A stretch of 64,000 bases of DNA, taken from positions 4,640,001-4,704,000 of the forward strand of contig OZ244744.1 of assembly GCA_965219455.1 (NCBI GenBank), read 5' to 3'. The translations under genes were made by a program, and so were the position numbers. Of this stretch, positions 1 through 10,693 are shown piece by piece. Below the pieces are notes generated by a model. The model was not told where the DNA came from, made no database searches, and saw only the letters and a program-made list of their open reading frames with translations. Within the stretch, counting starts at the first letter, position 1. Each line of letters starts with the position of its first letter. Source of the stretch: Candidatus Latescibacterota bacterium (GTDB taxonomy: Bacteria; Latescibacterota; UBA2968; GCA-2709665).

Positions 1-166
1 TTTGTTCGGTGCCGCCGTTCGGTCGCCCGTCGGCCTATAGGTATAGCTGCCCTTGTCACACCGCTTGCTGAACGTAACACACAACACCGGTTTCCGGATC
101 GACAAGACCATGTAGATAAGCGCAAGAACTGTATCCACCACGCCTCAGCATTCTGCCGGAGGACAA

Positions 167-739
167 ATGACAACCGATGGCAAGGAACTGCGACCGTACA
201 AGACCCTTTCGCGTCGCACAATTCTAGATCACGGACCATATCTGACTGTTGAGAGTCACACCGTACAATGGCCGGATGGACAGGTCATCACCGACTGGCC
301 GTGGATACTCAGCCCGGATGCATCGATCATACTCCCGGTCAACTCTGAGGGCAAGTTCCTTTGCTTTCGGCAGACGAAATACGCGATCCAGGGAACGACT
401 CTGGCGCCGGTAGCAGGTATGATTGAACCCGGTGAGGATCCATTAACGGCTGCAAAGCGTGAACTGCTGGAGGAGACTGGATTCGAAGCGACGGAATGGA
501 TCGACCTTGGCAGCTACAAGGTCGACCCCAATCGCGGTGTTGGCGTTCGGCACTTGTTCCTGGCACGTAAGGCACGGCAAGTAACTGAACCTTGCAGTGA
601 TGACATTGAGGATCAACAACTTCTGTTTCTTTTCCGGCAGGAGTTGGAAGATGCGTTAGGCTCCGGAGAGTTCAAGGTCCTGACGTGGACTGCTGCAATT
701 TTATTGGCTTTGCAATACCTGGCTCGCGCCGACGAATGA
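167..739 (+). CDS. NUDIX hydrolase (ADP-ribose pyrophosphatase-like)
   Basis: Nudix box GMIEPGEDPLTAAKRELLEETG; GGAGG RBS upstream. Confidence 0.9.
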   Translation: MTTDGKELRPYKTLSRRTILDHGPYLTVESHTVQWPDGQVITDWPWILSPDASIILPVNSEGKFLCFRQTKYAIQGTTLAPVAGMIEPGEDPLTAAKRELLEETGFEATEWIDLGSYKVDPNRGVGVRHLFLARKARQVTEPCSDDIEDQQLLFLFRQELEDALGSGEFKVLTWTAAILLALQYLARADE

Positions 740-812
740 GGACTTTAAAACAAAACCGGGACTCGTCGAGGGTGTCCGTTTGGATGTTGCAACTCCGAAG
801 ACCTTTGTAGAC

Positions 813-935
813 GTATAACATGTCCTCTTGTGCTTCGGCGCAGAGTTTATCCTACGCGTGCCGACGGGCGCCCTGGCCTACGCAACCCGCTTCGCGGGTT
901 CCCAAACCGGCCATCAGTCATGCTGGACGTTATGC
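813..935 (+). repeat. attC-like integron recombination site
   Basis: GTATAAC (R'') ... GTTATGC (R'), 123 bp, internal hairpin AACCCGC-TTC-GCGGGTT; shares sequence with the site at 16009. Confidence 0.75.
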
Positions 936-982
936 GCAACGCCTTTCTTGCCTGATGTTGCGTCGGGAGAAAGCGGAAGTCG

Positions 983-1936
983 ATGATCGAGTATGTAGGA
1001 AATGCTCCATACTGCTATGCCAATTCAGCAGCGATGTTGTTGAAATCCATCGGCGAGGATGTCCCGCCGGGCAAGATCGAGGTCCTCACGGGAGTTGGCC
1101 TGGGAGCGATCTGGCAGGATGATGGACTCTTCTGGTTGTCCAATCCCTACTCTCCGCCTGACATCGGATTGAGTGCGGCCCTCGGTATTCTCGGTTTTCA
1201 ATTCGTCGAAGGGTCGAGCGAGAAGCCGGATCCGTGCCCACTGGAGGAGCTCGAAGAATTGCTTCAGACAGGTCCGGTCGTTCTGGGTCCACTCGATATG
1301 GGCTACCTGGACTACCTGCCGTTCAGCGCCCCCGGAGCGGACCATTTCGTTTTGGCTTACCAGATTGCGAGCGGTCATGTTTTTTTGCACGATCCGGAGG
1401 GTTTTCCAAACGTGTCACTTCCGCTCTCTCGACTCGCGGACGCGTGGAAGGCTGAAAGAGTCGATTACCGGCGAGGATACTACCGATACTGGACTGCTCC
1501 CACTCGAGTCGAGAGTACCGTCGATGATGAAATCTACGCGAGAGGAATCGAACACTTCGTGGCTTGTTACCAACAATCGGAGGAAATCGCAGCGGAGATC
1601 GGCTGGACTTTCGGACCGCATGCGGTCACCGCGCTGGCGGAAAGAGCAGAATCACAGGATCTACCGAAATTTCTGATCCAGATGATGAAAACCTTCCATT
1701 TCTGTCTGGGGGCGCGTAGAGCCCTGGATTATGCTGTCTTCTTTGATGGCAGGAACTCGCAATTGGCTGAAATCAAACGGGATCAAGCTCAACTTCTTGG
1801 ACACTGCCACAGACTCGCGGCAGAGTCAGATTGGGCCCAACTTGCAGTTGAGCTGAAACAGTTCGCAATGACAGAGGATGCCATCTCGAAGGAGTTATCG
1901 AAGGAGGAGAAAACAGAAGCCCGTTTGCTCCCGTAA
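983..1936 (+). CDS. Papain-fold Cys/His protein (BtrH-N / peptidase C39-like)
   Basis: YCYANS, DHFVL and LHDP motifs. Confidence 0.55.
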   Translation: MIEYVGNAPYCYANSAAMLLKSIGEDVPPGKIEVLTGVGLGAIWQDDGLFWLSNPYSPPDIGLSAALGILGFQFVEGSSEKPDPCPLEELEELLQTGPVVLGPLDMGYLDYLPFSAPGADHFVLAYQIASGHVFLHDPEGFPNVSLPLSRLADAWKAERVDYRRGYYRYWTAPTRVESTVDDEIYARGIEHFVACYQQSEEIAAEIGWTFGPHAVTALAERAESQDLPKFLIQMMKTFHFCLGARRALDYAVFFDGRNSQLAEIKRDQAQLLGHCHRLAAESDWAQLAVELKQFAMTEDAISKELSKEEKTEARLLP

Positions 1937-2003
1937 CAGATCAGATGAACTTTAAGAACGGCGTTGCGCTCTTGCGGGTTCCCAGGAACCTTGCACGTCA
2001 TGC
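1931..2003 (+). repeat. Degenerate attC-like site
   Basis: CCGTAAC overlapping the stop codon ... GCACGTCATGC; shares GCGGGTTCCCA with the site at 813. Confidence 0.5.
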
Positions 2004-2058
2004 AGCATGCTCCTGAGTCAAGTCTCAATATCGTGAATCCGTTGACAGGTTACCTTTC

Positions 2059-2610
2059 ATGATCGAATTGCGTGGCAAAAAAGCGGTATTGCGGACAATG
2101 GAACGCCAGCATTGCCGCACACTATGGGAACAGTATGAGCTCGAGGAGCCAATTCCGACCGAACCGGTGAGGCCTGGTCATTCACTCGAGGGCTCGGAGA
2201 AATGGTTTGACGAGATCCAGCAGCAACAGGGCAAGAGTCAAATTTACCTGGGCATCTTCGATAATGATGGAAATCTCGTCGGTGATATTCAGCTTTCTGG
2301 AATCGACTGGAGGAGTCGCACGGCGAGTCTCGGTTTTGGAATCGCACTCAGACAGGACAGAGGGAAGGGGTATTGCACGGATGCTGCGCGGGTCATGCTT
2401 CGGTTCGCGTTCGAAGAATTGGACTTGTACAGGATTTCGGCTGCGACGACTTCAAACAATGCAGGCGCTATAAGAGTTCTCGAGAAGCTGGGATTTGCAC
2501 AGGAAGGACGGGAGCGTGAGGCTGCATATTGGTCCAATTGCCGATGGGATAGGCTCTTGTTCGGTTTGTTAAAGACTGAATTTGAGTCCAGGCATGGATC
2601 CAGGCAATGA
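2059..2610 (+). CDS. GNAT acetyltransferase, RimJ/RimL family
   Basis: RGKGY acetyl-CoA motif; NAGAIRVLEKLGFAQEG. Confidence 0.9.
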   Translation: MIELRGKKAVLRTMERQHCRTLWEQYELEEPIPTEPVRPGHSLEGSEKWFDEIQQQQGKSQIYLGIFDNDGNLVGDIQLSGIDWRSRTASLGFGIALRQDRGKGYCTDAARVMLRFAFEELDLYRISAATTSNNAGAIRVLEKLGFAQEGREREAAYWSNCRWDRLLFGLLKTEFESRHGSRQ

Positions 2611-2781
2611 GTGCTTTTTCAGGTCGGACTGGAATCGCAAACATCCCGCTCGTTTCTCCCGCGTGGGTCGTCGGGGGCCGCATAGCAGATCCATGACCCC
2701 GGCTTCGGGCACGGCGTGAGTCAATAGCCGAAAGCGCGCCCTCGAACAACCGGCGCTGCCCATCCGAGGACCGCGGTCAAC

Positions 2782-3654
2782 ATGTATGAATCATTGGATC
2801 CGCAACTCCCGGTACAGGAGGAAGACACGGCAGGTCCCGTGTATTTCGTGCATATCAGTGACACTCACTTGGGACATTCGAGTGATTGGACCGCGCTGGG
2901 CAACAATCCTTACCATAACCTGCTGCGGGTCCTTGAAGCTATAAATAGCCTTCCGACCCAACCTCAATTCATAATCCATACAGGCGACGTAGCGAACCAT
3001 GACACCGAAGTCGCTTACGAATTAGCTGCCGAGGCATTTGCTCAATTCAATATTCCCCTGTACTTCGTGACGGGAAACCACGATACGCATACCTATATGC
3101 GCAAACATCTAAAGATGGGGCCCAAAGAGGATGTGCTATCCAGTTCGGATCTGAACTGTTATCGATTCTCTATCGAAGCCGAACGGTTTCTTGTTCTGGA
3201 TACCCAGCAGCCATACGACGAATTCGGTCACTTTGGTAGAGTATCGGAAGACCAGCTTGATATTGTTCGAGCGGAAGTGAGCCGTCATAACGGCTCATTG
3301 ACTGTATTTGTTCATCACTCGCCGCTGGATATGGATTCCAGGTGGTATTCCAAATACGTTGGAATGCTGAATGGCACCGAATTACATGAAGCGCTGTTGC
3401 CGGCAAGAGATCGTATCCGAGGCGTTTTCTTCGGACACGTTCATCGTGGGACGCATATCCAGAAGGACGGTATTGCGTATATCAGCGTCGGAAGCACGTT
3501 CTGCCAGCTCAACTATTGGCCCGATGAACAGAAAGTGAACTTCGACGAAGAGCATGCGCCGTGCTTCAACTTTGTCTCCCTTCATGCGGATAGAATGATC
3601 GTCAAGGAGCATTCAGTATCACAGAACGGACCAAATGTCGCCGACAGGACGTAA
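2782..3654 (+). CDS. Metallophosphoesterase (CpdA/Icc-like phosphodiesterase)
   Basis: DTH, GD, GNHD, HH and GHVH motifs. Confidence 0.88.
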   Translation: MYESLDPQLPVQEEDTAGPVYFVHISDTHLGHSSDWTALGNNPYHNLLRVLEAINSLPTQPQFIIHTGDVANHDTEVAYELAAEAFAQFNIPLYFVTGNHDTHTYMRKHLKMGPKEDVLSSSDLNCYRFSIEAERFLVLDTQQPYDEFGHFGRVSEDQLDIVRAEVSRHNGSLTVFVHHSPLDMDSRWYSKYVGMLNGTELHEALLPARDRIRGVFFGHVHRGTHIQKDGIAYISVGSTFCQLNYWPDEQKVNFDEEHAPCFNFVSLHADRMIVKEHSVSQNGPNVADRT

Positions 3655-3727
3655 CCATGCCCGGCTATGGGCCATTCGGCGCTTCATCCAACGGATGCAC
3701 GGTTCGCAGTAGCCGGGGACGTTTCAT
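3649..3727 (+). repeat. attC-like site
   Basis: ACGTAAC at the stop codon; CCCGGCTA/TAGCCGGG arms; ends GACGTTTCAT. Confidence 0.6.
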
Positions 3728-3764
3728 GCTATGGCAGTAGCCAGACATCGGGAACGAGCCCGAT

Positions 3765-5084
3765 TTAACGCTGCGGGAATGCAATATCCGTCAGGTTATC
3801 GTACCAGTGTACGAATTTGGCTCCGTCCACGTCGACCTCTCCGGATTTATCGACGGAGACGTTTTCGCATTCAGGGTGGCAGTAATGTCTCCTGAGTAAG
3901 GTACGGCCTTCGGCGGTCAGGAAACTCTCCGTGAAGACAGAGTCAGGCTCTTCGGGATCTCCCTCGAGCTCAAGGACCCGTAAACACGAGAAAAAACGAC
4001 CGTCTACGCGAACTTCGTGATTTCCTGCCCCCGCTTCTTCGCATGATTTGTCGGTTCTGCAAAACGCCCGCGGCGCCACCTCGTCAAGTGACCCCTGAGG
4101 TTCAAGCTTCCGTACAGAATCTCGCCAGAAGGCCTCACTCAGGAAGGTCTCGACACTGAACTTACCGTTTCGTTGAAAGACTGCGAGGTACTGTGCCTTA
4201 TCTTCGGTGAGACGTCCGACCATCGAGCAGACTTTACTTGCAAGGTGCGTTTGCACATTGATTTCCGTCACCTCTATTTCGATACCTTCGACACCGTGAA
4301 CCTCAGCGATTCCAGATGCTTCCAGTGTCATGACCGAGGTCAATGTCCACCGGTTCGGACTATAGGTTGCGACGAGCACCGACTCATCAATTGTGGGTAC
4401 CGCGAACCACCATCTGAGTTCGGGGCAGTCCACGGAAAACGGTGGACGCTCCGACCTGTTGATCTGAATTCTTGGCCGTTCGTGAGGAAATCGATGCTTC
4501 AACTCCCGAGAGCCAAGTGCTGGCATTTCTGTCCTCCTTCTTTGTGCTGTCACGCCAAGTACATCCCGTATTCGATTGCGGCCGGTTGACAGCCTGCGTT
4601 TGATTGTACCATCGGAACGTCCGGTACGATTTGCGATTTCTGCAATTGTAAGACCTCTGAAGTAGAAGTCTTTGATGGCGTTCGCTTCGTAATTTGGTAT
4701 TTTCTCTATTGCGCGCCTGATCCGCCGAATCGATTCCGTTTGATTGTGCGGCGTGGACCGTGACTGATTCAGAATCCGCTCCAGCTCAATTTGCGAAGTC
4801 GGCAATTCTCTTCTGTGCTTTCCTCTGAGGAAATCACGGGAGCGGTTTCTCGCAATCTGGAAGAGCCACGGCCCGATCCTTGACGGATCCCGAAGCTGGT
4901 GTTGAGTAGCCCAGGCCTGGAGGAGCGTATCCTGAAGCACATCTGCCGCATCATCTTCATTGTCAATGAAGTATCTGATCAGGGTTGTCAGTCTATCCTC
5001 GAAGTGCCTGACAACGGCGACAAACGCTTCGGGGTTCCCCTCTGAGGATTGCCTGACGAGTTCTTTGGGCGGTCGTCGATGCAT
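3765..5084 (-). CDS. ECF sigma-70 factor with a ~250-aa C-terminal extension
   Basis: Region 2 DAADVLQDTLLQAW...WLFQIARNRSRD; region 4 TIAEIANRTGRSDGTIKRRL. Confidence 0.85.
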   Translation of the reverse strand: MHRRPPKELVRQSSEGNPEAFVAVVRHFEDRLTTLIRYFIDNEDDAADVLQDTLLQAWATQHQLRDPSRIGPWLFQIARNRSRDFLRGKHRRELPTSQIELERILNQSRSTPHNQTESIRRIRRAIEKIPNYEANAIKDFYFRGLTIAEIANRTGRSDGTIKRRLSTGRNRIRDVLGVTAQRRRTEMPALGSRELKHRFPHERPRIQINRSERPPFSVDCPELRWWFAVPTIDESVLVATYSPNRWTLTSVMTLEASGIAEVHGVEGIEIEVTEINVQTHLASKVCSMVGRLTEDKAQYLAVFQRNGKFSVETFLSEAFWRDSVRKLEPQGSLDEVAPRAFCRTDKSCEEAGAGNHEVRVDGRFFSCLRVLELEGDPEEPDSVFTESFLTAEGRTLLRRHYCHPECENVSVDKSGEVDVDGAKFVHWYDNLTDIAFPQR

Positions 5085-5364
5085 TCGGTCTATGTCCTCT
5101 CAATATCATGGCGTAATAAAGGGAGAGAAGGTTCGGACGGAATCACGAGATTCTGAAGGCGACGTCGGATCCAACCGCACGTCATACGCGATCGTCGTAT
5201 CACCGAACCTGCAATCGCAAGCGGATTTTCTTATCACCTGGTGAAGTGGCACCCAGCCCGATCATCGATCCGGGCTCCGCCTCGGCTTTCCAGAACCGGC
5301 CATTGTCCTGCATTGAGCACCGCCTCAGTTCCGGGTCTTTTGGTCAACGAAGGAGGCAGCGTTC

Positions 5365-5748
5365 ATGGGCAATTCATCGAATTTCCCCGATTCGGTTGAG
5401 TTGGGGCGCATGGCGCCCGGTATCACGGTCAGCAATATCGAGGCATCCGTCGCATTCTACCGATCCATGCTGGGAATGCACAAGACGTTTGAGAACGGGA
5501 ATCCGGTCGGCTTCGTGATCATGAAGAAAGGCCAGGCCGAGCTGCACCTGTCATTGTGCCGTCAAAGGAAGCCGCAGACACACAATGTCGCGCACCTGAA
5601 GGTGAGTGACGCGAAGATGCTTTACGATCACCTGAGCAAGTCAGGAGTACGGATAATCAAGGGACTGCGCGATCAGCAATACGGTCTTCGGGACTTTGTC
5701 ATCGCAGATCCCGATGGCAACCGAATTGATATAGGGCAACCGATATAA
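5365..5748 (+). CDS. VOC/glyoxalase family protein
   Basis: ASVAFYRSMLG; YGLRDFVIADPDGNRI. Confidence 0.88.
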   Translation: MGNSSNFPDSVELGRMAPGITVSNIEASVAFYRSMLGMHKTFENGNPVGFVIMKKGQAELHLSLCRQRKPQTHNVAHLKVSDAKMLYDHLSKSGVRIIKGLRDQQYGLRDFVIADPDGNRIDIGQPI

Positions 5749-5990
5749 ATTGTCCCAATTGAAGATTGCGATGATCGGGCCGGTACACGTCGTTAATCTT
5801 GACTCCTGGTGGCAAATGATGAAAACCGAAAACCAGGAGGCTGTGATCAGGGCAGGCTTTCGGGGTTCGCAAACTGGTAAAGCCCCCGGAAGCGGTATTT
5901 GCAGACAAACCGAAAAGAAAAATCACTCTTGAACCCTGGTCTGTAATTTGCGATTATGTGGAATAACCAACAACGCACGGAGGAACTGAA

Positions 5991-6185
5991 ATGAAGCTTT
6001 ATCTGGATCTCACAGAATCACAAAACGAAAAGTTGGATTCAACCGCAAAACGCCTTGGCATACGTCCGGAGCAGCTTGCAAAAGCTGCGTTGGACGATTT
6101 GCTTGATAAGCTTCAAGAGGATTTTGAAGTTGCAGCACAGCGTGTTTTACGCAAGAATGAGGAACTCTATAGAAGGCTGAGTTAA
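5991..6185 (+). CDS. Antitoxin (small DNA-binding protein) of the Doc module
   Basis: 64 aa ending KNEELYRRLS; 1-nt overlap with the doc gene; GGAGG RBS. Confidence 0.8.
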   Translation: MKLYLDLTESQNEKLDSTAKRLGIRPEQLAKAALDDLLDKLQEDFEVAAQRVLRKNEELYRRLS

Positions 6186-6571
6186 TGAGGTATCTTTCTT
6201 TGGCAGAGGTGATCGAACTTTACGGACGCGTTGTTGATCAAAGTGGCGGAGCATCGGGGTTGCGAGATACAGGCAGATTAGAGTCGGCCGTCGCGCAACC
6301 CCGTATCACTTATGGGGGGCGTGATCTCTATCCTTCGTTGATCGAGAAAGCCGGTGCGTTATGCTTTTCCCTCGTGCAGAACCACCCGTTCGTCGATGGG
6401 AATAAGAGATTGGGCCATGCAGCGATGGAGGTATTTCTGATTCTGAATGGTCATGAAATCAGAGCCAGTGTGGATGAACAAGAGTCGCTTATTTTAGGTG
6501 TTGCTTCCGGCCAGGTTTCAAAGGAGAGTCTGATTGAGTGGTTGACCCAACATGTATTTGAATCGGATTGA
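6185..6571 (+). CDS. doc: Death-on-curing (Doc/Fic) toxin
   Basis: HPFVDGNKR motif; GLRDTGRLESAV. Confidence 0.92.
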   Translation: MRYLSLAEVIELYGRVVDQSGGASGLRDTGRLESAVAQPRITYGGRDLYPSLIEKAGALCFSLVQNHPFVDGNKRLGHAAMEVFLILNGHEIRASVDEQESLILGVASGQVSKESLIEWLTQHVFESD

Positions 6572-6681
6572 CGATAGTTAAATCCCACACGAAGTGTACA
6601 CGAACATTCGGGGAGTTTTCTGACCCGGCTGTATTTCCGTGCCTGCTCGAGAATGCCGAAGTTAATTTGAAAGGAGATCGC

Positions 6682-7050
6682 GTGTTCAAAGAGGCCATAC
6701 CAATTTTGGGCGTGTCGAGTTCGGAAGCTTCTGAGAGGTTCTATTGCGGAAAGCTCGGGTTCCGTCGCGTGTACGCCTGGAGGCCCCATCCGGCAAAACT
6801 CGACCCCTGCTATATGGGAGTCGTCCGGGATGCGGCCCACGTCGTTATTTCCTCGTTTCCAGGCGATGGTCCGCCCGGGACGCGGACGGTTCAGATCTAT
6901 GTCGAGGACGCGGCAGCCGTCTACGAGGAGTTCAAGCAAGCGGGTATCCCGGTTGGACGGCTCCGGGATCAAAGCTGGGGCAATATTGAGTTCAGTTTCG
7001 AAGATCCCGACGGAAACAGTCTTTGTATTGCTCAAGACAAAAACGGATAG
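6682..7050 (+). CDS. VOC/glyoxalase (bleomycin-resistance-like) protein
   Basis: GTG start after AAGGAG; FYCGKLGF...WGNIEFSFEDPDGN. Confidence 0.85.
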   Translation: MFKEAIPILGVSSSEASERFYCGKLGFRRVYAWRPHPAKLDPCYMGVVRDAAHVVISSFPGDGPPGTRTVQIYVEDAAAVYEEFKQAGIPVGRLRDQSWGNIEFSFEDPDGNSLCIAQDKNG

Positions 7051-7226
7051 TTTCCGCCTGATATGACGACATTGTTTGCACTGGGTTCTTTCGCTTCAGC
7101 CTGCCGGGAACCCTGGCCACATTTCCCTGGAAGGCTGGTACGCTGTTGGCCAACTATCACAAGACGTCAAATCGAAAGCCAAAAGCCTTCATTGAGACGA
7201 ACTACTCAGGTCAGGAAAGCGACATA

Positions 7227-7889
7227 ATGCCATTCAAGATTGCTGACGATCCGGATATAGATTATCGAGCGCTTGTCAGGGCGGCCTACAACCGCTGTGC
7301 GATGGAGTATGCATGGCAACGGCGCGCCACTGCCGATGCTGAGCTCAGCCTCATCACGGAGCGTCTGACACCTGGTTCGAGCACTCTTGACGTCGGCTGC
7401 GGCGCCGGTGTCCCGGTCGCGCGACATCTCGCGAAGACATTTAGCGTCACTGGGATCGACGTCTCCTCGAGCATGATTGCGCTGGCCAGGAAAAACGTTC
7501 CTTCGGCCAGGTTCATCCACGCCGACGTTATGGAGGTTGAATTCCCCGAGCGCAGTTTCGATGCAATTGTCAGCTTTTACGCCATTTTCCATATCCCGAG
7601 GCAGGAGCATCTGAATCTCTTTCGTCGATTCGTACAGTGGCTTCGGCCAGGCGGCCTCCTTCTGTTTACGGTTGCCAGGAATGACGACGGGCCTGGATAT
7701 ACTGAAGATGGCTTCTTCGGGGAGACGATGTACTGGAGCAACTTCGGACCCTCGACCTACAGGAAGTTTCTTGCTGATACCGGGTTTGAGATCGAACGGG
7801 AGGGTATCGTAGGAGCGGGGATTACCAGTGTCGATGCGCTGGAAGAGGTTCACCCGTTTTTCTTCGCCGTCAGAAACGGGCGGATGTAA
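7227..7889 (+). CDS. Class I SAM-dependent methyltransferase
   Basis: LDVGCGAG motif I; LRPGG; start moved to internal ATG. Confidence 0.88.
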   Translation: MPFKIADDPDIDYRALVRAAYNRCAMEYAWQRRATADAELSLITERLTPGSSTLDVGCGAGVPVARHLAKTFSVTGIDVSSSMIALARKNVPSARFIHADVMEVEFPERSFDAIVSFYAIFHIPRQEHLNLFRRFVQWLRPGGLLLFTVARNDDGPGYTEDGFFGETMYWSNFGPSTYRKFLADTGFEIEREGIVGAGITSVDALEEVHPFFFAVRNGRM

Positions 7890-7975
7890 TTGAGTCCTGT
7901 TCGACGCCTCTTTGCTGACATCCTGCTCAGGGCTGGCGCACTCGGCGAAGCAACATCTGAATAGAGGCCCTGCCT

Positions 7976-8812
7976 ATGGTGCTTGACGAAGATCGCCTGA
8001 AGTCGATTCTGAATCAGGACCACTCCTATTACGGCTCGCGGCCGGCGAAGTACCGCACTGACTCAGACATTGCGCCTCGGGCAAGGGAAATTATCGCGTC
8101 GCAGTTTCGCCCTGAGATGCGAGTCCTGGATATCGGGTGTGGGAAGGGCGGGACTCTGGTACAGAATGCCGATTGCTTTGACTCAGCTCTCGGTGTCGAC
8201 AACGACCCCAGCCACATAGAACTGGCTGAAGAGGCCCTGAGAAACAGCAAAGCGCGGAACGTAGAGTTCAGGCTTCTGGACTTCCTTGCGGAAGGAGAAA
8301 CCCTGGCGCCTGAATCGTTTGACTTTGTCTACACCGAACGGGCACCCATCGGGTATGACAGCTTTGGAGTACAGGCCGCTTTGCGAGTCCTGAAGCCGGG
8401 AGGTCTCATATTCTGTGAACTGATAGGGGAACTGCACCATCAAGAGGTGGGCGAGGTTTTTGGCGACAAGACACGGCTGAGCCAGATGATCACCGTTCAA
8501 GACCAGATGCGCGTCTCAATGGAAAGGAACGGCGTAGGGATTCGATTTGCAGCCGACGTCGTTGAGAAACGGATCTATCCGGACGTTTACGAATGGCTTC
8601 AGTTTCAATGTTCTATCTGGGCCTGGGGCGGGGGTTCGCTTCCCCGTTATGACGACCCTCGCCTGAAGCTGTTCGCTGAGCGCAATACCACGTCATCCGG
8701 CGAGATCGAGACCACGCACCACGTAACCTGGGTAGGGGGAGTCAAGCTCTCCGAAAACCCTTATCCGGAGTTCGATCAATTTCAATCCCATAGCAAACCA
8801 CATGAAAAGTGA
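7976..8812 (+). CDS. Class I SAM-dependent methyltransferase
   Basis: VLDIGCGKG; VLKPGG. Confidence 0.88.
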   Translation: MVLDEDRLKSILNQDHSYYGSRPAKYRTDSDIAPRAREIIASQFRPEMRVLDIGCGKGGTLVQNADCFDSALGVDNDPSHIELAEEALRNSKARNVEFRLLDFLAEGETLAPESFDFVYTERAPIGYDSFGVQAALRVLKPGGLIFCELIGELHHQEVGEVFGDKTRLSQMITVQDQMRVSMERNGVGIRFAADVVEKRIYPDVYEWLQFQCSIWAWGGGSLPRYDDPRLKLFAERNTTSSGEIETTHHVTWVGGVKLSENPYPEFDQFQSHSKPHEK

Positions 8813-8824
8813 GGCGGATATTCC

Positions 8825-9505
8825 ATGGCAAGATTTGTAGGTATCGGGGAGTGTGAGTCTGTCTCGGGTGCGGCAGTTGTTATCGATGTGATGCGAGCGT
8901 ATACCGTAGCCGCGTGGGCGATGCATCTGGGCGCGTCGCGTATGATTCTGGTTGACGACCTTGAAGAAGCCCTGAAACTCAAGTCACGGCTTCCTGGATC
9001 CCTAGCGTTGAAGGATGGTGCGCCGGCAAAGGGTTTCGATCTGTATAATTCACCCGCGGACCTGCAGGACGCGGACATCCGGGGCAAAACCATCGTGCAA
9101 CGGACAACGGCCGGAACGATTGGCGCGGTTGCCGTGCGCCATTGCAAACCACTGATCTGCACGGGCTTCGTCTGCGCATCGGCAGTCGCCCGGAGAATAC
9201 GCGACCTGGCGCCGGATGAGTTGACCTATGTCGTAACAGGTGAGGAGGGAACGGCAGAGGAGGACCTGTCTTGCGCTGAATTTATCGATGCTCTCGTTCG
9301 AGATCCGCGAACGGAGCCGGCCCCGTACATCCGCAGAGCTTCCGAATCCAAAGCAGCGGTCGATATCCGCCAGGCAGCGGCTGCGGGCGAAGAGGGTATC
9401 AATCCACGAGACGTCGAAATGTGTTTAGATGCGGACCGGTTCGACTTTACGCTTGAGGCCTTAATGGAAGATGAGCTTCTCGTCCTGAGGAAGCTGGAGA
9501 CATAG
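8825..9505 (+). CDS. comB: 2-phosphosulfolactate phosphatase family
   Basis: VVIDVMRAYT, FDLYNSP, TTAGT and EDLSCA motifs. Confidence 0.8.
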   Translation: MARFVGIGECESVSGAAVVIDVMRAYTVAAWAMHLGASRMILVDDLEEALKLKSRLPGSLALKDGAPAKGFDLYNSPADLQDADIRGKTIVQRTTAGTIGAVAVRHCKPLICTGFVCASAVARRIRDLAPDELTYVVTGEEGTAEEDLSCAEFIDALVRDPRTEPAPYIRRASESKAAVDIRQAAAAGEEGINPRDVEMCLDADRFDFTLEALMEDELLVLRKLET

Positions 9506-9581
9506 ATTCCGTTCATTGCTGGTTCAGCTTGGACGTTATCCGCCCTGCATTGTGACATTGTCCGCTTGAAAGAGCACAGCC

Positions 9582-10190
9582 ATGGAATCTTCGAAGATCA
9601 CCTTTGTCAGCGATCGGGATGGGACCTTCGATCTCTTCGTTATGGATGCGGACGGAAGCAATAAGACGAACATCACCCGTACCGCGGAATGGGAGGAAGA
9701 TCATCCGAGATGGTCCCCCGACGGCACGTGCATCGCATACTGCGACCGGCGTCACGGAAAGGGTGAGATCTACCTGATAGACGCAGATGGGAGGAATCCG
9801 AAGCCACTGACCCGCAATTCGGCTCCCGATCTACGGCCACACTGGTCGCCGGATGGACAGACGATCATCTTTACCACTGATCGCAACGACGGGGATCCTG
9901 CCTGGTCACCGGACGGGAAGTGGATTGCCTTCAACTCGGACCGCGACGGTGACACCCAGGTCTACGTCATGAGAGCGGATGGGTCCCACCCCAGACGCCT
10001 CACCAACCTTGAAAAGGGTGTTGGAGAACTCTCATGGTCTCCGACCTGTCATCAGATCGTCTTTACAGCCAACAGAGACGGACGTCAGCAGATTTACCGG
10101 ATCGATTTCGACGGCGGGAACCTGATCAATCTCTCCAACAGCCCGTCCAATGATTTTGCCGCCGATTGGGGGCCAAAGATCGTGCAGTGA
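9582..10190 (+). pseudogene. TolB-like PD40-repeat protein, probably internally deleted
   Basis: Repeated WSPDG units; FTTDRN runs directly into DGDPAWSPDG, so the intervening strands are missing. Confidence 0.6.
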
Positions 10191-10267
10191 GCATTCAGGA
10201 GTTCTTATTCGGTGGCGGGCCCGGCCGCGCCACGCCGGAGATTTGTGAAGAATGACGGAGGTTCACA

Positions 10268-10639
10268 GTGCGATTTAACGGCATTTGTATCGTTACAGAC
10301 AATGTGCCTGGCTTATGCGCCTTCTACAGGGAGATTTTAAAGCTTGAACCTGAAGAAGCGAATATCTTCGAGATTATTCCGACGGAGGGGGCGGTCCTGT
10401 CGATCTACTCCTCGGAACGCACGGAAAAGGCAGCGCCCGGATGCCTGAACGGGGCTGGAACCGGCAGCTATACAATCGAGTTTGAGGTAGAAGACGTCGA
10501 CGGGGAATTCGAACGCCTGACGGCGATGAATGTCGAGATTGTCAAACCGCCCACAACCCAGCCGTGGGGTCGTCGGTCCGTCTGGTTTCGGGACCCGGAC
10601 CGGAACATCATTAATTTCTATGCCAATGTGCAGGATTAG
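10268..10639 (+). CDS. VOC/glyoxalase family protein
   Basis: PTTQPWGRRSVWFRDPD. Confidence 0.88.
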   Translation: MRFNGICIVTDNVPGLCAFYREILKLEPEEANIFEIIPTEGAVLSIYSSERTEKAAPGCLNGAGTGSYTIEFEVEDVDGEFERLTAMNVEIVKPPTTQPWGRRSVWFRDPDRNIINFYANVQD

Positions 10640-10693
10640 AATGGATGCGAACGGTGTTAACGAAGTGGATCAAGTTCGTGGAGTTTCACGATA

